Made by a program: the position numbers and the translations under genes. The notes under the pieces are model-generated. The model searched no databases and had not been told where the DNA came from. It worked only from the letters and a program-made list of their open reading frames with translations. From Klebsiella phage 6939: a stretch of DNA of 46,039 nt. This document shows positions 32,005 through 42,000 of this stretch, one piece after another (the stretch's first letter is position 1; each line of letters opens with the position of its first letter). Location of the stretch: sequence record OL362271.1. One strand, written 5' to 3'.

Positions 32005-33108
32005 ATGTCAAGTGCTAACAACTTAGTCAACCCGGCGGTAAGTTATTCCGGTGAGGTTCCGACACTTCTGATTGAGAAGTTTGATGGTCAGGTAAAGCGC
32101 GCTTATACCGAAAAGATGAACATGAAATCTTACTTCGAGATTAAGCAAGTCACTGGTACTAACTCAGTTTCTAACAAGTATCTGGGTACTGTGAGTGTTC
32201 AAGCCCTAGCTCCCGGTGCTGATGTAAAAGGACAGCCAGCATCCTTCGATAAAAACCAGCTGGTTATTGATACAGCTGTAATTGCTCGTAACATCGTAGG
32301 TATTCTGGCAGATGTTCAGGATGACATCATGACTAAAGGTAAGCTGGCAGAAGAGCAAGTAGATGCCCTGACTTATCTGGAAGACCGTATGCTGATTCAG
32401 CAGGTTGTTTATGGTGCTATCAAGAACACCAAAGCCAAGCGTACTAATCCACGTGTACCTGGCCACGGTTTCTCTGTGGATGTACAGGTAGCCTCTGCTA
32501 CTATGCAGATTCCTAATGCTGTAGTAGCTGCTATTGAGTATGCACTGGAGCAGCAGGTTGAGCAGAACGTGGCAGTAGAGAAGTTCTCTATTATCATGCC
32601 TTGGCGCTACTTCAACGTACTGCGTGATGCAGAGCGTGTAGTTAACGCAACCTACAACACCTCTCAAGGTGTTACTGTTCGTGGCTTTGTTCTGAAGTCT
32701 TATAACGTACCAGTTATCCCTTCTAACCAGCTGCCTGACCATGACCGTGACCATAAGGATATTGATGGTAACGTAGCAGCTCACCACCTGCTGTCTAACA
32801 CCAATAACTCATTCCGTTATGATGTTATCAACAGTGGTACTGACACTATGGATAAGAACGTAGTGGCTGTTATCTTCGGTACTGAAGCTCTGCTGGCTGG
32901 TCGTAGTATTGACCTGCAAGGCAAGATTTGGATGAACGATGCTAACAAATCTTGGTACATTGACTCTTGGATGTCTGAGGGTGCAATCCCTGACCGTTGG
33001 GAACATGCAGCAGTTGTCCGTGTAACTACGGCAGCTACTGATGACGCAACTGTCAAGACTCGTGCTAACCGTAAGGCTATCCCAGTCAACAACACGCCTA
33101 TTGCTTAA
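32005..33108 (+). CDS. Major capsid protein, T7 gp10-like
   Basis: 367 aa, TAAGGAGAAATATAACGAATG start context, own promoter and own terminator. High-expression codon usage (CTG, CGT, GAA). Confidence 0.9.
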   Translation: MSSANNLVNPAVSYSGEVPTLLIEKFDGQVKRAYTEKMNMKSYFEIKQVTGTNSVSNKYLGTVSVQALAPGADVKGQPASFDKNQLVIDTAVIARNIVGILADVQDDIMTKGKLAEEQVDALTYLEDRMLIQQVVYGAIKNTKAKRTNPRVPGHGFSVDVQVASATMQIPNAVVAAIEYALEQQVEQNVAVEKFSIIMPWRYFNVLRDAERVVNATYNTSQGVTVRGFVLKSYNVPVIPSNQLPDHDRDHKDIDGNVAAHHLLSNTNNSFRYDVINSGTDTMDKNVVAVIFGTEALLAGRSIDLQGKIWMNDANKSWYIDSWMSEGAIPDRWEHAAVVRVTTAATDDATVKTRANRKAIPVNNTPIA

Positions 33109-33115
33109 GGCACCT

Positions 33116-33146
33116 GCCCTCCTTAATTGGAGGGCTTATTTTTGTT
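33116..33146 (+). terminator. Intrinsic terminator after the capsid gene (gccctcc-ttaatt-ggagggc + ttatttttgtt)
   Basis: 7-bp GC stem plus T-run. Same design as 2342 and 23507, in the position of T7 T-phi. Confidence 0.75.
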
Positions 33147-33156
33147 AGGAGGTTTG

Positions 33157-33798
33157 ATGCAACTTTCAATTAATACTAGGCTAGATGCAATCAACTACAT
33201 CATAGGTTGTATTGGGCTAGCACCAGTTGCAGCAGAGGATGAGTACAACTTGGATGTTGCACAAGCAGCTATGGCACTTGATAACATCTCAAGAAGCATC
33301 CAAGATAATAAGGGTGAGGGTTGGTGGTTCAATAGAGAGCGCAACTGGAAGTTTGCACCTGACCCAGTGACTAAGCAGATTCTCGTACCAAACAACACAC
33401 TTGCTGTTTACTACATTGACCACATGGGTCACCAGAAGCGTATAGCAACTCGTGGTAGAGCATTGTATGACACTAACCAGTATAGGTTTGATATGTCAAA
33501 GCTGGCAGACTCAGATGGGTATATGAACCTCACACTTGTTACACAGCTTGAGTTTAATGACTTACCCTACACAGTTAAGGAAGCTATCTCCACTAAAGCA
33601 GGTGTAAGGTTTGCTGCATCTAATGAGATGGATATTAACCGTATCAAAGTTCTGCAAGCTCAGGCTGATGATGCATTCTTTGCTGTACAAGCTGAGCAGA
33701 CAAGCCAGCAGAAGAATAATGCATTCAAGGACAATGTATCGATGGTGCAGTTTGATGTTGTTGGTGGCGGTTACAATAACTGGACAGGAGAAGGTTAA
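33157..33798 (+). CDS. Tail tubular protein A, T7 gp11-like
   Basis: Start at the ATG after TTAGGAGGTTTG. N-terminus INYIIGCIGLAPV parallels T7 gp11 INDILASIGEPPV. Confidence 0.8.
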   Translation: MQLSINTRLDAINYIIGCIGLAPVAAEDEYNLDVAQAAMALDNISRSIQDNKGEGWWFNRERNWKFAPDPVTKQILVPNNTLAVYYIDHMGHQKRIATRGRALYDTNQYRFDMSKLADSDGYMNLTLVTQLEFNDLPYTVKEAISTKAGVRFAASNEMDINRIKVLQAQADDAFFAVQAEQTSQQKNNAFKDNVSMVQFDVVGGGYNNWTGEG

Positions 33799-36206
33799 TG
33801 GCTTATGTAAGCACAGCATGGGGTAGGCCAATACAAGGTGTATCCCAGCAACCTGATAGGGTTAGATTAGAAGGTCAGTGTACTAAGCAAGAAAATGCCA
33901 TACCTGATGTAGTTAAGGGGTTAACAAAAAGACCAGCACTTAATTTCATCAGTAGCATCTTAGGTTATGAAGTAAGTGAGAATTCAGCTTTCCACAGCTA
34001 CGATAGAGGTGATGAGCAGTATTTCATGTTTGTAGAACCTAACTCAACTACAGTGAAGATTTTTAATCTTAAAGGTGCTGCACAGAATATTACAGTGACT
34101 CATGGAAGCTACTTAAGTACTCCACGTCCTGACCTTAACATAGACTTTATGACTGTAGCTGACTTTACTTTCATAACAAATAAGACAGTACCAGTAGTTA
34201 TGAGTGGCGCTGTATCTCCATCACCCTCTAGGCTTGGTATTGTCTACAGTCAGTATGCAACTTACGGAAAGACTTACAACATTATTATTAATGGCACAGT
34301 CATCGCATCTTACACAACTCCTGATGGTTCTGCATCTCATCACATCAATGATGTAGCAACTGACTATGTAGCTCTTGTGCTATATACCAAGATTGCTGGA
34401 GGTACTATAGCAGATGGTGAAGGTGCAGGTACTTACCCAGCACAGCCTGACTATGTTGTAAGCTTACATGGTAATGTTATCTGGATTGAGATGGCTAATG
34501 GTTCTGACTTTAAGCTCACAACTTCTGATAGTCAGAAAGGCGAAGACTTAATTGCAGCTAAAGGTTCAGTAGCTAACACCAACTCATTGCCACCTATAGC
34601 ACCAGATGGTTTCACATTAAGAATCACAGGTGCTGGTAAGTCTACCAAAGACGATTACTGGTTGATGGCTGATAACAGTAATGACTCAGGTATTCGTTGG
34701 GTTGAGACTGTAGAGCCGGGAATCCCTGTTGCATTCAATGCTGATACGATGCCGCACACTTTAGTAAGGGATAGTATCTCTGGTGGTGTAGCAAACTTCA
34801 TATTCAGCCAAGGCTCCTATGAGAATAGGACAGTTGGTGGTGAGGAGAGTAACCCATTGCCGGGGTTCATTAATATAGATAACCCACAACCTATATTGTC
34901 AACTGGTGTGTTCCAGAACAGATTATTCTTCCTAAGTGGAGAGTCTATATGCATGTCCCGTTCTAACTTGTTCTTTAACTTCTGGAAGGAGACGTCACAG
35001 ACATCTGCTGATAGTGACCCTATTGAGGGTTATGCTGACACTGATAGAGTTAATAACTTATACAACTACCAGATACTGAATGGTGACCTGGCAATCTTCT
35101 CAGATAATGCTCAGTTTGTTATTGATGGTAGTAAGCCAGTTACTAAGAGTAACATTACTCTTACTCAGGTTACAGCATACCCAAGTGAGGTAAACATCAA
35201 ACCTCAAGCAGCTGGTGAGAACGTGTTCTTTGCCTACAATGCATATAGTTATACTGGTGTAAGGGAATTGTTCACAGACAACTACTCAGATACTAAGAAG
35301 GCTTATCCAGTAACTGATTACGTCAGTAAGTATCTTGTAGGTAGGTGTAAGCAAATGTTAGCATCACCTAACCTTAACACCATGATGGTCAGGACTTATT
35401 CTGATTTAAGCAAGGTCTATGTCTATGATTGGTTGTGGCAAGATAACCAGAAAGTTCAAAGTGCTTGGCATACATGGGTGTTTGATGGAAGAGTAATGTA
35501 CTTATTCTACATCGATGATAGTCTATATGTTGTCTATACGAAGAGTGGTAAGACTTATGTAGACTTCCTATATATGGTCAATGACCCAGATACAGCTGGT
35601 CTTAAGTATTCCACTAAGCTTGATCATCGTGTAGTAGTTGATGCCTTATACAACCCAAGCACCAAGAAATATAATTTCACATTACCTTACGATAGGTCTG
35701 ATGTTGTATGCACAATACACACTGGAGGTTATAGTGAGGATTTGGGTAGTGCATTCATTGCAACTTACTTAGGTTCTGGTAACTGGGAATCATCTGAAGA
35801 CTTAAGCCCTAATGGTCAAGCACTGAAAGTTCTCTGTGGTGTTAAGTATAAATACAGTTACATACCAACCCAGCCAGTTGTTAAAGACTTTCGTGAGCGT
35901 GTTATAGGTCTTAGCAGTATCATCATGAGTAACCTGTTCATCCACTACGAGTTGACTGGTGACATATATGTAACTGCAACGCCTAAGAATGGAACATCTC
36001 GTGAGTATCACTTTAGTGGTCGTTATATGGGTACAGCAGAAAACTTAGTTGGTGCTCCTATCCTTGACAATGGAACTTACAGGGTACCTATCAGGCAGAG
36101 GGCTGAGGATATGCAGATTGAGATTTGGTCTGATAGCCACTATCCAATCACGATACGTGATATGGAGATGGATGGTACTTTCCATCAGCGTGGTCAACGT
36201 ATTTAA
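33798..36206 (+). CDS. Tail tubular protein B, T7 gp12-like
   Basis: 802 aa following gp11, with TAATG overlap. Confidence 0.85.
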   Translation: MAYVSTAWGRPIQGVSQQPDRVRLEGQCTKQENAIPDVVKGLTKRPALNFISSILGYEVSENSAFHSYDRGDEQYFMFVEPNSTTVKIFNLKGAAQNITVTHGSYLSTPRPDLNIDFMTVADFTFITNKTVPVVMSGAVSPSPSRLGIVYSQYATYGKTYNIIINGTVIASYTTPDGSASHHINDVATDYVALVLYTKIAGGTIADGEGAGTYPAQPDYVVSLHGNVIWIEMANGSDFKLTTSDSQKGEDLIAAKGSVANTNSLPPIAPDGFTLRITGAGKSTKDDYWLMADNSNDSGIRWVETVEPGIPVAFNADTMPHTLVRDSISGGVANFIFSQGSYENRTVGGEESNPLPGFINIDNPQPILSTGVFQNRLFFLSGESICMSRSNLFFNFWKETSQTSADSDPIEGYADTDRVNNLYNYQILNGDLAIFSDNAQFVIDGSKPVTKSNITLTQVTAYPSEVNIKPQAAGENVFFAYNAYSYTGVRELFTDNYSDTKKAYPVTDYVSKYLVGRCKQMLASPNLNTMMVRTYSDLSKVYVYDWLWQDNQKVQSAWHTWVFDGRVMYLFYIDDSLYVVYTKSGKTYVDFLYMVNDPDTAGLKYSTKLDHRVVVDALYNPSTKKYNFTLPYDRSDVVCTIHTGGYSEDLGSAFIATYLGSGNWESSEDLSPNGQALKVLCGVKYKYSYIPTQPVVKDFRERVIGLSSIIMSNLFIHYELTGDIYVTATPKNGTSREYHFSGRYMGTAENLVGAPILDNGTYRVPIRQRAEDMQIEIWSDSHYPITIRDMEMDGTFHQRGQRI

Positions 36207-36215
36207 GGAGGTTAT

Positions 36216-36830
36216 ATGGCTGTAACAGCTGCTACAATTGGTGCTTGGGCTGCTGCCAACGCTGGTACAATTGCATTGGTATCCACAGCAGTTTCTGTTG
36301 CTGCTGCTGGTTATAGCACTTACTCACAGATGCAATCTGCTAAGGCAGAGGCTAATGCTCAATCAGAGCTTAATAAGCAGCAAGCTGTACAAGCTGCTGC
36401 ATCTTATGATGACCTGACGCCAGCAGAGATAGATGCAAACAGACAAGCACAGGAGGAAGCTCTACGACAACAATCTGAAGCCATTCAAGCTAAGGGTCGT
36501 GTCAATGTGTTTGCTGCTGCTGCTGGCACTATGGGTGGCTCAGTTGATTCGATGTTATATGATATTGAACAGACAAAGAGTCAGAACCTGAATGCAATCC
36601 TGACTCAGCGTGAGAGTGGTTTGTATAGCATTAAGCAACAGGCTGAGGGCATCAGGCAAGGAGCTATGAATGCTCAATCACGGAAAGCTATCAATAGTCC
36701 AAGCTGGCTTGATGTTGGTATTAGTACCGGGACTGCTGCTATCAAGGGCTTTGATAACTATGGTCGCATGAATGATACTTTCAAGTTACAAGGTAAGGCA
36801 AGTCAACCACAGGTTAAGGGAGGTGTTTAA
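36216..36830 (+). CDS. Internal virion protein, 204 aa, Ala/Gln-rich
   Basis: TAAGGAGGTTATATG start context. Position after the tail tube genes. Confidence 0.6.
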   Translation: MAVTAATIGAWAAANAGTIALVSTAVSVAAAGYSTYSQMQSAKAEANAQSELNKQQAVQAAASYDDLTPAEIDANRQAQEEALRQQSEAIQAKGRVNVFAAAAGTMGGSVDSMLYDIEQTKSQNLNAILTQRESGLYSIKQQAEGIRQGAMNAQSRKAINSPSWLDVGISTGTAAIKGFDNYGRMNDTFKLQGKASQPQVKGGV

Positions 36831-38993
36831 GTGGTACAGCGTACAGAAGTAGAGGGTATCAACCGCTTAGGCAACCCTCAATCAAGAACAGCTCAAGTAA
36901 TACAGAGGGCTGTTAACCCTCAGATTGTTGATAGTGCTTCATCATTACGAGTTGCTAATCTTCTTAATGGTTTATCTGATATGACTAATGCAGCTAGTGA
37001 AGCTGCTTTTAGACAAGCGCAGATTGATGTAGAGAATAAGAAGATAGATGGCATGTCCAAAGCTGTCTCTGGAGGTAAGCTAGGTGAGGAAGCGTCAAAA
37101 GCTGAGCAGATGGGTTATGATTTAGTTCAGTCACAATCTGAGCTAGGTAGGCTTAATGAGCAGTTAGCTAACCATCTTGTAGCAAACCCTGAAATGTCAG
37201 ATGAAGAATTTGATGCCATGAAGAATGAGCAATATGGTGCTCTCATGGCTAAGTATCAGGATAGAGCTCCAGAAGTATTTAAGGCTATTTCAGTTAAAGC
37301 CCAAGAGAGTCAGCTTACTCTGTATAAGGTACAACAGAATGCTCGTGAGAGATACCGTAAGCAGAAGGGGCAGGAGACACTTAACTATAACATCGGCTCA
37401 CAGTTGGATTCAGCTCATTCTATTGACCAAGGTGTTGACCTGATTCACCAGTTTATGGGGCAAGGTAAGCAGCTTGGTTTATCTGAGTTTGAGACAAAGG
37501 ATATTATCTTTGACCAGATGAAACTGTCTGCATCTCAGGGTGATAATCGACTGCTTGAGTTTGTTAAGGGTACTGACTGGGGTCGCTATACCCTAGATGT
37601 TAAGCAAGCAACTGGTGCTTACACAAGTTTCCAGAAGCAGAAAGAAGCTGAGCTTAAAGCTGCACAGCGTGAGTATGAAGCTGCACGTCAGCAAGAGAAC
37701 GTTTGGCTGTATGGTGCTGGATTAGCTGAGATTGAGAATATGGCTAAGGCTGGTGCTGCACCTGAAGAGATTATGGGTAAGATGCAAAGCTTACAGAAGA
37801 TGGGACTAAAGTTCTCTCCATCATCGGTAGCCAGTTACCTAACAATGGGTAAGCAGATGAGCCAATCTCAAATGGAGCTGAGCCAGAATATTGGTACTTG
37901 GCAACAGAACAGAGGTCAGTTCAACCTAGCTACTAATCCATATATTCAAGCTACAGATAAGACAAAGGTTCTTGATGCAGCTGAGAATGCTATTACACAG
38001 CAAGCTCAGAACATCCCAGAAGCTGAGAGAGCTGACTGGACTATACAGAACCTGTTGCAGCTTTCTAAGCAAGAGGGCTTACCAGTTAAGACTATCGGTA
38101 CTGCACTAGGTAGTCTTGCAAGACTTGACCCACAATCTCAGTTCTCTCCTGCTGTGAGTACTTGGGCAAAGTACCTTATTGCAGCTGATGACCAGACCAT
38201 TCGTATGAATGTGGAGAATGAGAAAGACCAAGCACTACTATTTGGTATGAGGGATTATCTTGTTAACAACCAAGGTCAAGATGCTGATTTAGCTCTTAAG
38301 ACTGCTGTAGCTCGTGGACAAGCTATTAGGGATAACAATGTACCCCTATCCAGTCAGCAGAATAAGCAGATTGGTAGTAAGTCACTGACAGCTGTAAAAC
38401 AGATGCGTGACCCTACTCAAACTACTTGGTACTTCCGCTCTGAGTCATTACCTGATTCTACTCGTGACTACTTGAGTAACAGGCTGGCAGCAGAGACTAA
38501 GAAGCTGTATCAGGTTACTGGCAATATTGACCAAGCTAATCAGATAGCTTTCAAGGAGTTTAAGCAGAACAACATGATACTTACAGGTGGTGTTGTAGCT
38601 AACATAGGTGTTAACCAATTAGCATCGTTTGTTCCAGAGTTTGCTAAGCCGGGAGAAGATGCTGAAGTAGTTCAGAAGAAAGCTGTAGCAGCACTGGATT
38701 ACCAAGTTGGAAACCTTCTTGCTGCACAGTCTAAAGAGGATGGTGTTAAGTATGACAGGGACGCAGCTAAGGTAATCTTCACTAACAGCGGTAACACCTA
38801 TCAGATTAACGTAGGTGGATTGAACGTAGGTACATTCTACACAAGTGACTTGAAAGGTCAGTTTAATGAGGACTACTTCAAGAAGTGGAATGCAGAGCAA
38901 GAGAAGCAACAAGGCATCTCTACTCGCTACCATGAAATGAAAGAGGTTCAAGGTTTACAAGACCGAATCAATAGGTCTATGCCTAAATACTAA
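36831..38993 (+). CDS. Internal virion (ejection) protein B-like
   Basis: GTG start after AAGGGAGGTG. 720 aa, coiled-coil-rich. Confidence 0.65.
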   Translation: MVQRTEVEGINRLGNPQSRTAQVIQRAVNPQIVDSASSLRVANLLNGLSDMTNAASEAAFRQAQIDVENKKIDGMSKAVSGGKLGEEASKAEQMGYDLVQSQSELGRLNEQLANHLVANPEMSDEEFDAMKNEQYGALMAKYQDRAPEVFKAISVKAQESQLTLYKVQQNARERYRKQKGQETLNYNIGSQLDSAHSIDQGVDLIHQFMGQGKQLGLSEFETKDIIFDQMKLSASQGDNRLLEFVKGTDWGRYTLDVKQATGAYTSFQKQKEAELKAAQREYEAARQQENVWLYGAGLAEIENMAKAGAAPEEIMGKMQSLQKMGLKFSPSSVASYLTMGKQMSQSQMELSQNIGTWQQNRGQFNLATNPYIQATDKTKVLDAAENAITQQAQNIPEAERADWTIQNLLQLSKQEGLPVKTIGTALGSLARLDPQSQFSPAVSTWAKYLIAADDQTIRMNVENEKDQALLFGMRDYLVNNQGQDADLALKTAVARGQAIRDNNVPLSSQQNKQIGSKSLTAVKQMRDPTQTTWYFRSESLPDSTRDYLSNRLAAETKKLYQVTGNIDQANQIAFKEFKQNNMILTGGVVANIGVNQLASFVPEFAKPGEDAEVVQKKAVAALDYQVGNLLAAQSKEDGVKYDRDAAKVIFTNSGNTYQINVGGLNVGTFYTSDLKGQFNEDYFKKWNAEQEKQQGISTRYHEMKEVQGLQDRINRSMPKY

Positions 38994-39002
38994 GGAGATA
39001 TA

Positions 39003-42000
39003 ATGCCTCAACAAGAACAAGTACAACAGCCCGGTTTTGGTGAGCTGTTTAGTACTGCTGCAAAGCAGAATTGGATATTCAGCGCTAAGCAAAACTCAGA
39101 AGACTTGATGACTTATGGTACGCCTGTTGAGGGTTATAAGCCTACTTATGATGAGGTAAATAAACTCAAGACAGACTTTAAGCTCACGGATGAGCAATCT
39201 GCAATCTTATCAGGTTCATTATCACCTGAAGAATTACAGTACCGGGCACAAGTTTACAAAGATAAGAATGATGGACAGAAGACACTGGAAGCTGCTGGAT
39301 GGAAGGGAACAGCTGCTGAGATGCTTAGCTATGCTGCTGACCCAACTATGCTACCTACATTTGCTATCAAGACACCTTATGTAGTTGGTAGGGCTCTTGG
39401 TGCTGTAGGCATCCAGATGTCGAAGACAGCAGTTACTGGAGCCATAGAGCGTGCTGTAGGTGCTAGTATTGTAGGTGGTGCTACATCACTTGGACAAGAA
39501 GCAGCCTTAAGCATTTATGACCCAGATCGTGATGTTAATGATGTAGTAATTGCGGGTTTGTCAGGTATGGTAGGTGCAGCAGCTTTCTCAAGCCTTGTCG
39601 ATGGTGGCGCTGCAATAGCTGGTAAGGCACTGGCTAAACGTGCTTTAGGTAGAGAGATGCTGGATGTTGTTGAGAGTACTGATTGGAATGCACATCTTGA
39701 TTTAGTCAATAGTGCTGACCATAACCTCAATCAAGCTATTAGTGGTCGCTTGCAATCATCTAGCTACTCTAAGTACTTCAAAGGTCTCGAAGGTGAGATA
39801 CCTGATGCAGTTGCACGTAAACGTGTTCTTACTGAAGGTAATGCAATCAATAAGATGATTGATGACCTGCTACCTACAGCTGAAGCTCGTATGTCTCGTG
39901 GTGACAGATTAAGCCTTGAGGCTAATATTAAATCTGGCAATCATGAAATGGAGCTGCTGGCTCGTAGAATCAATGAGGTTGAATCTACAATCCCTACTGG
40001 TTCTGGTAAAGCTTTATCAGCTGCCCGTCAATCTCGTAGCTCTGAGCTTGCTGATTTACGAAATAAGCTAGAGCAGCAACGAGTGGCTGTAGAGGAATTA
40101 AGAACCACAATAGAACCACACGCAACTGGGATACATGCACAAGCTGTATCAGACATCAGCAGATTGAAGAGTGGCATAATCCCAGACCACTTAAAGGAGA
40201 AATACCTTGACCTTATTACTCCAGAAGACGCAGCGCCAGCGTATGTTGAGGCAAAGGGTAATTTACCTGCCAAAGAGGAACCACAGAAAGTATTACCAGA
40301 TGAGGCAGCGCGTGTTGAGGAAGAGACCTTGTCTCCTACAGGAGACAAAACAGATACCTCTATTGGTGCAGCAGAGAAGAAGGGAGCTATCATTTTCCCT
40401 GACACAGAGGGTGACCTTATCAATAGCACTATGGCTACTTCTCTTGCTGAGATGGCCAAATTAGGTGAAAAGATACCTGTAACAAAGGCTGCTGGTACTA
40501 CTTCAATCTATGGTCGAGTTATGGCTAAGATGAAAGATAACTCGCTACGAGGCATTGGGGCTCTTGTCTTCAATGACCCGCATGGTGCTAAGACAGGGAT
40601 TCAATCAGCTGTAGCATTTGCTGATACTATGAGAACACGAGTTATGCCAAAGGCCGTGTTCATTGATGAAGCAGCCCGTAATGAATACATCAAAGCAGCT
40701 GGTATCAATCCACTCCTTCAAGCTGGTAAAGCTAATGATGCTATTATCTCTTTCAATAGAGAGGTTGCTCTTAAGATTAATAGTCTTACAGATACCAAGA
40801 TAGCTGCTGGTGATGATGCAATCACAAGAGCTGCCAAGGCACGAGCTGAGGCTTACCGTGAGTCTCTGGATATGATGAAGCGGTATGGAGTCCGTGGCTT
40901 TGAGGAAGTTGATGAGCGAGCATCTTATCAACCTGTAATCTTTGGTCGTAACGATATTACATCAGCCCTTGACACTTATGGTGAGGATGCAGTTAAGGAA
41001 GTTCTTGTACGTGGTTATATGGGTGGTAAAATCCCACTAAGCCAGAAGTCAGCTATGGTGGTTGCCGATGCGATGATGGATAGATTCTATAGACGCACAA
41101 GCTCCATTGTACAGTCATCAAGTAAGCCATCTATTAGTAGCCGTGTAGCTGCTGTTCGTGATGAGCTTATTGCCAATGGTGTTCCAGAGAAAGAGATTCA
41201 GACAGTTATCAACATGCTTGGTGATAAGTCACTTGATGAGAACATCTCAGCACGTGCTATGAAGTCACTTCATCCAGATATTACTTCTGAGACTGTTGAT
41301 GGTTTGAGATTCGTTGACCTTATGGATACTTCAATTGCAAGTGTAGATAAGTATGTTCGTGATGCATCTGCTCAGTCTGCCTTTGCTCGTAATGGATTAC
41401 GTTCACGTCGTCAAGTAGAAGACACCATCACAGAAGCATTCAAGCAACACAGGCAAGAGCTTTCTGATTTAACTAATCAGTACAATGATGCTGTTGCTCG
41501 TAAAGCTAAAGTGCGTGAAGGTGTTGAAACACCAGAGCTTGATAAGATTATTAAGGACTATGAGCGACTTGGTAACATTGGCAAATATCGTAAGTTCTTG
41601 GATGACTTTGAGCAGGATTACTTTGATGGTGTTAAGGTAGCTTTTGGTGAACCTATCGAAGATGCCAACTCATTAACCACTGTTGGTAGTGCAATTGGTA
41701 AGATGGTTAACATGACAATGCTTGGGTTCTCTGGTACTGCTCAGGTAGCTGACTTAGGTGTTACAGTAGCTCGCTCTGGTTTAGGTGCAAGCTTACGTAA
41801 TCTACCAACAACTGTTTATCATGGTGTACGTTCACTTCTACCATCGCAGAAGTACTTCATTGGTAATAATGAGTTGAGTAATCTGGCGGAGGTTATGGGT
41901 ACTATTTCTCACCAAGATTATCTGTTTGGTCATAAGATGATGACTGGTGCTGAGTATGGTGATGCAGTTATCGGTCACGTCTCAACAGCTGACAAGGTAT

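Noticed and set aside
32206-32787. 193-aa ORF on the minus strand
   Set aside because: It lies entirely antisense to the well-supported major capsid gene and has no RBS. Every functional gene and promoter in this T7-like genome is on the + strand. The same reasoning rejects all other minus-strand ORFs in the track, including 1141-1395, 1630-1887, 8017-8232, 11641-12061, 19668-20045, 21179-21626, 21635-21925, 22135-22476, 26716-26958, 27785-28039, 33562-33831, 38619-38951, 40028-40459, 40605-40931, 43050-43346 and 44478-44831.
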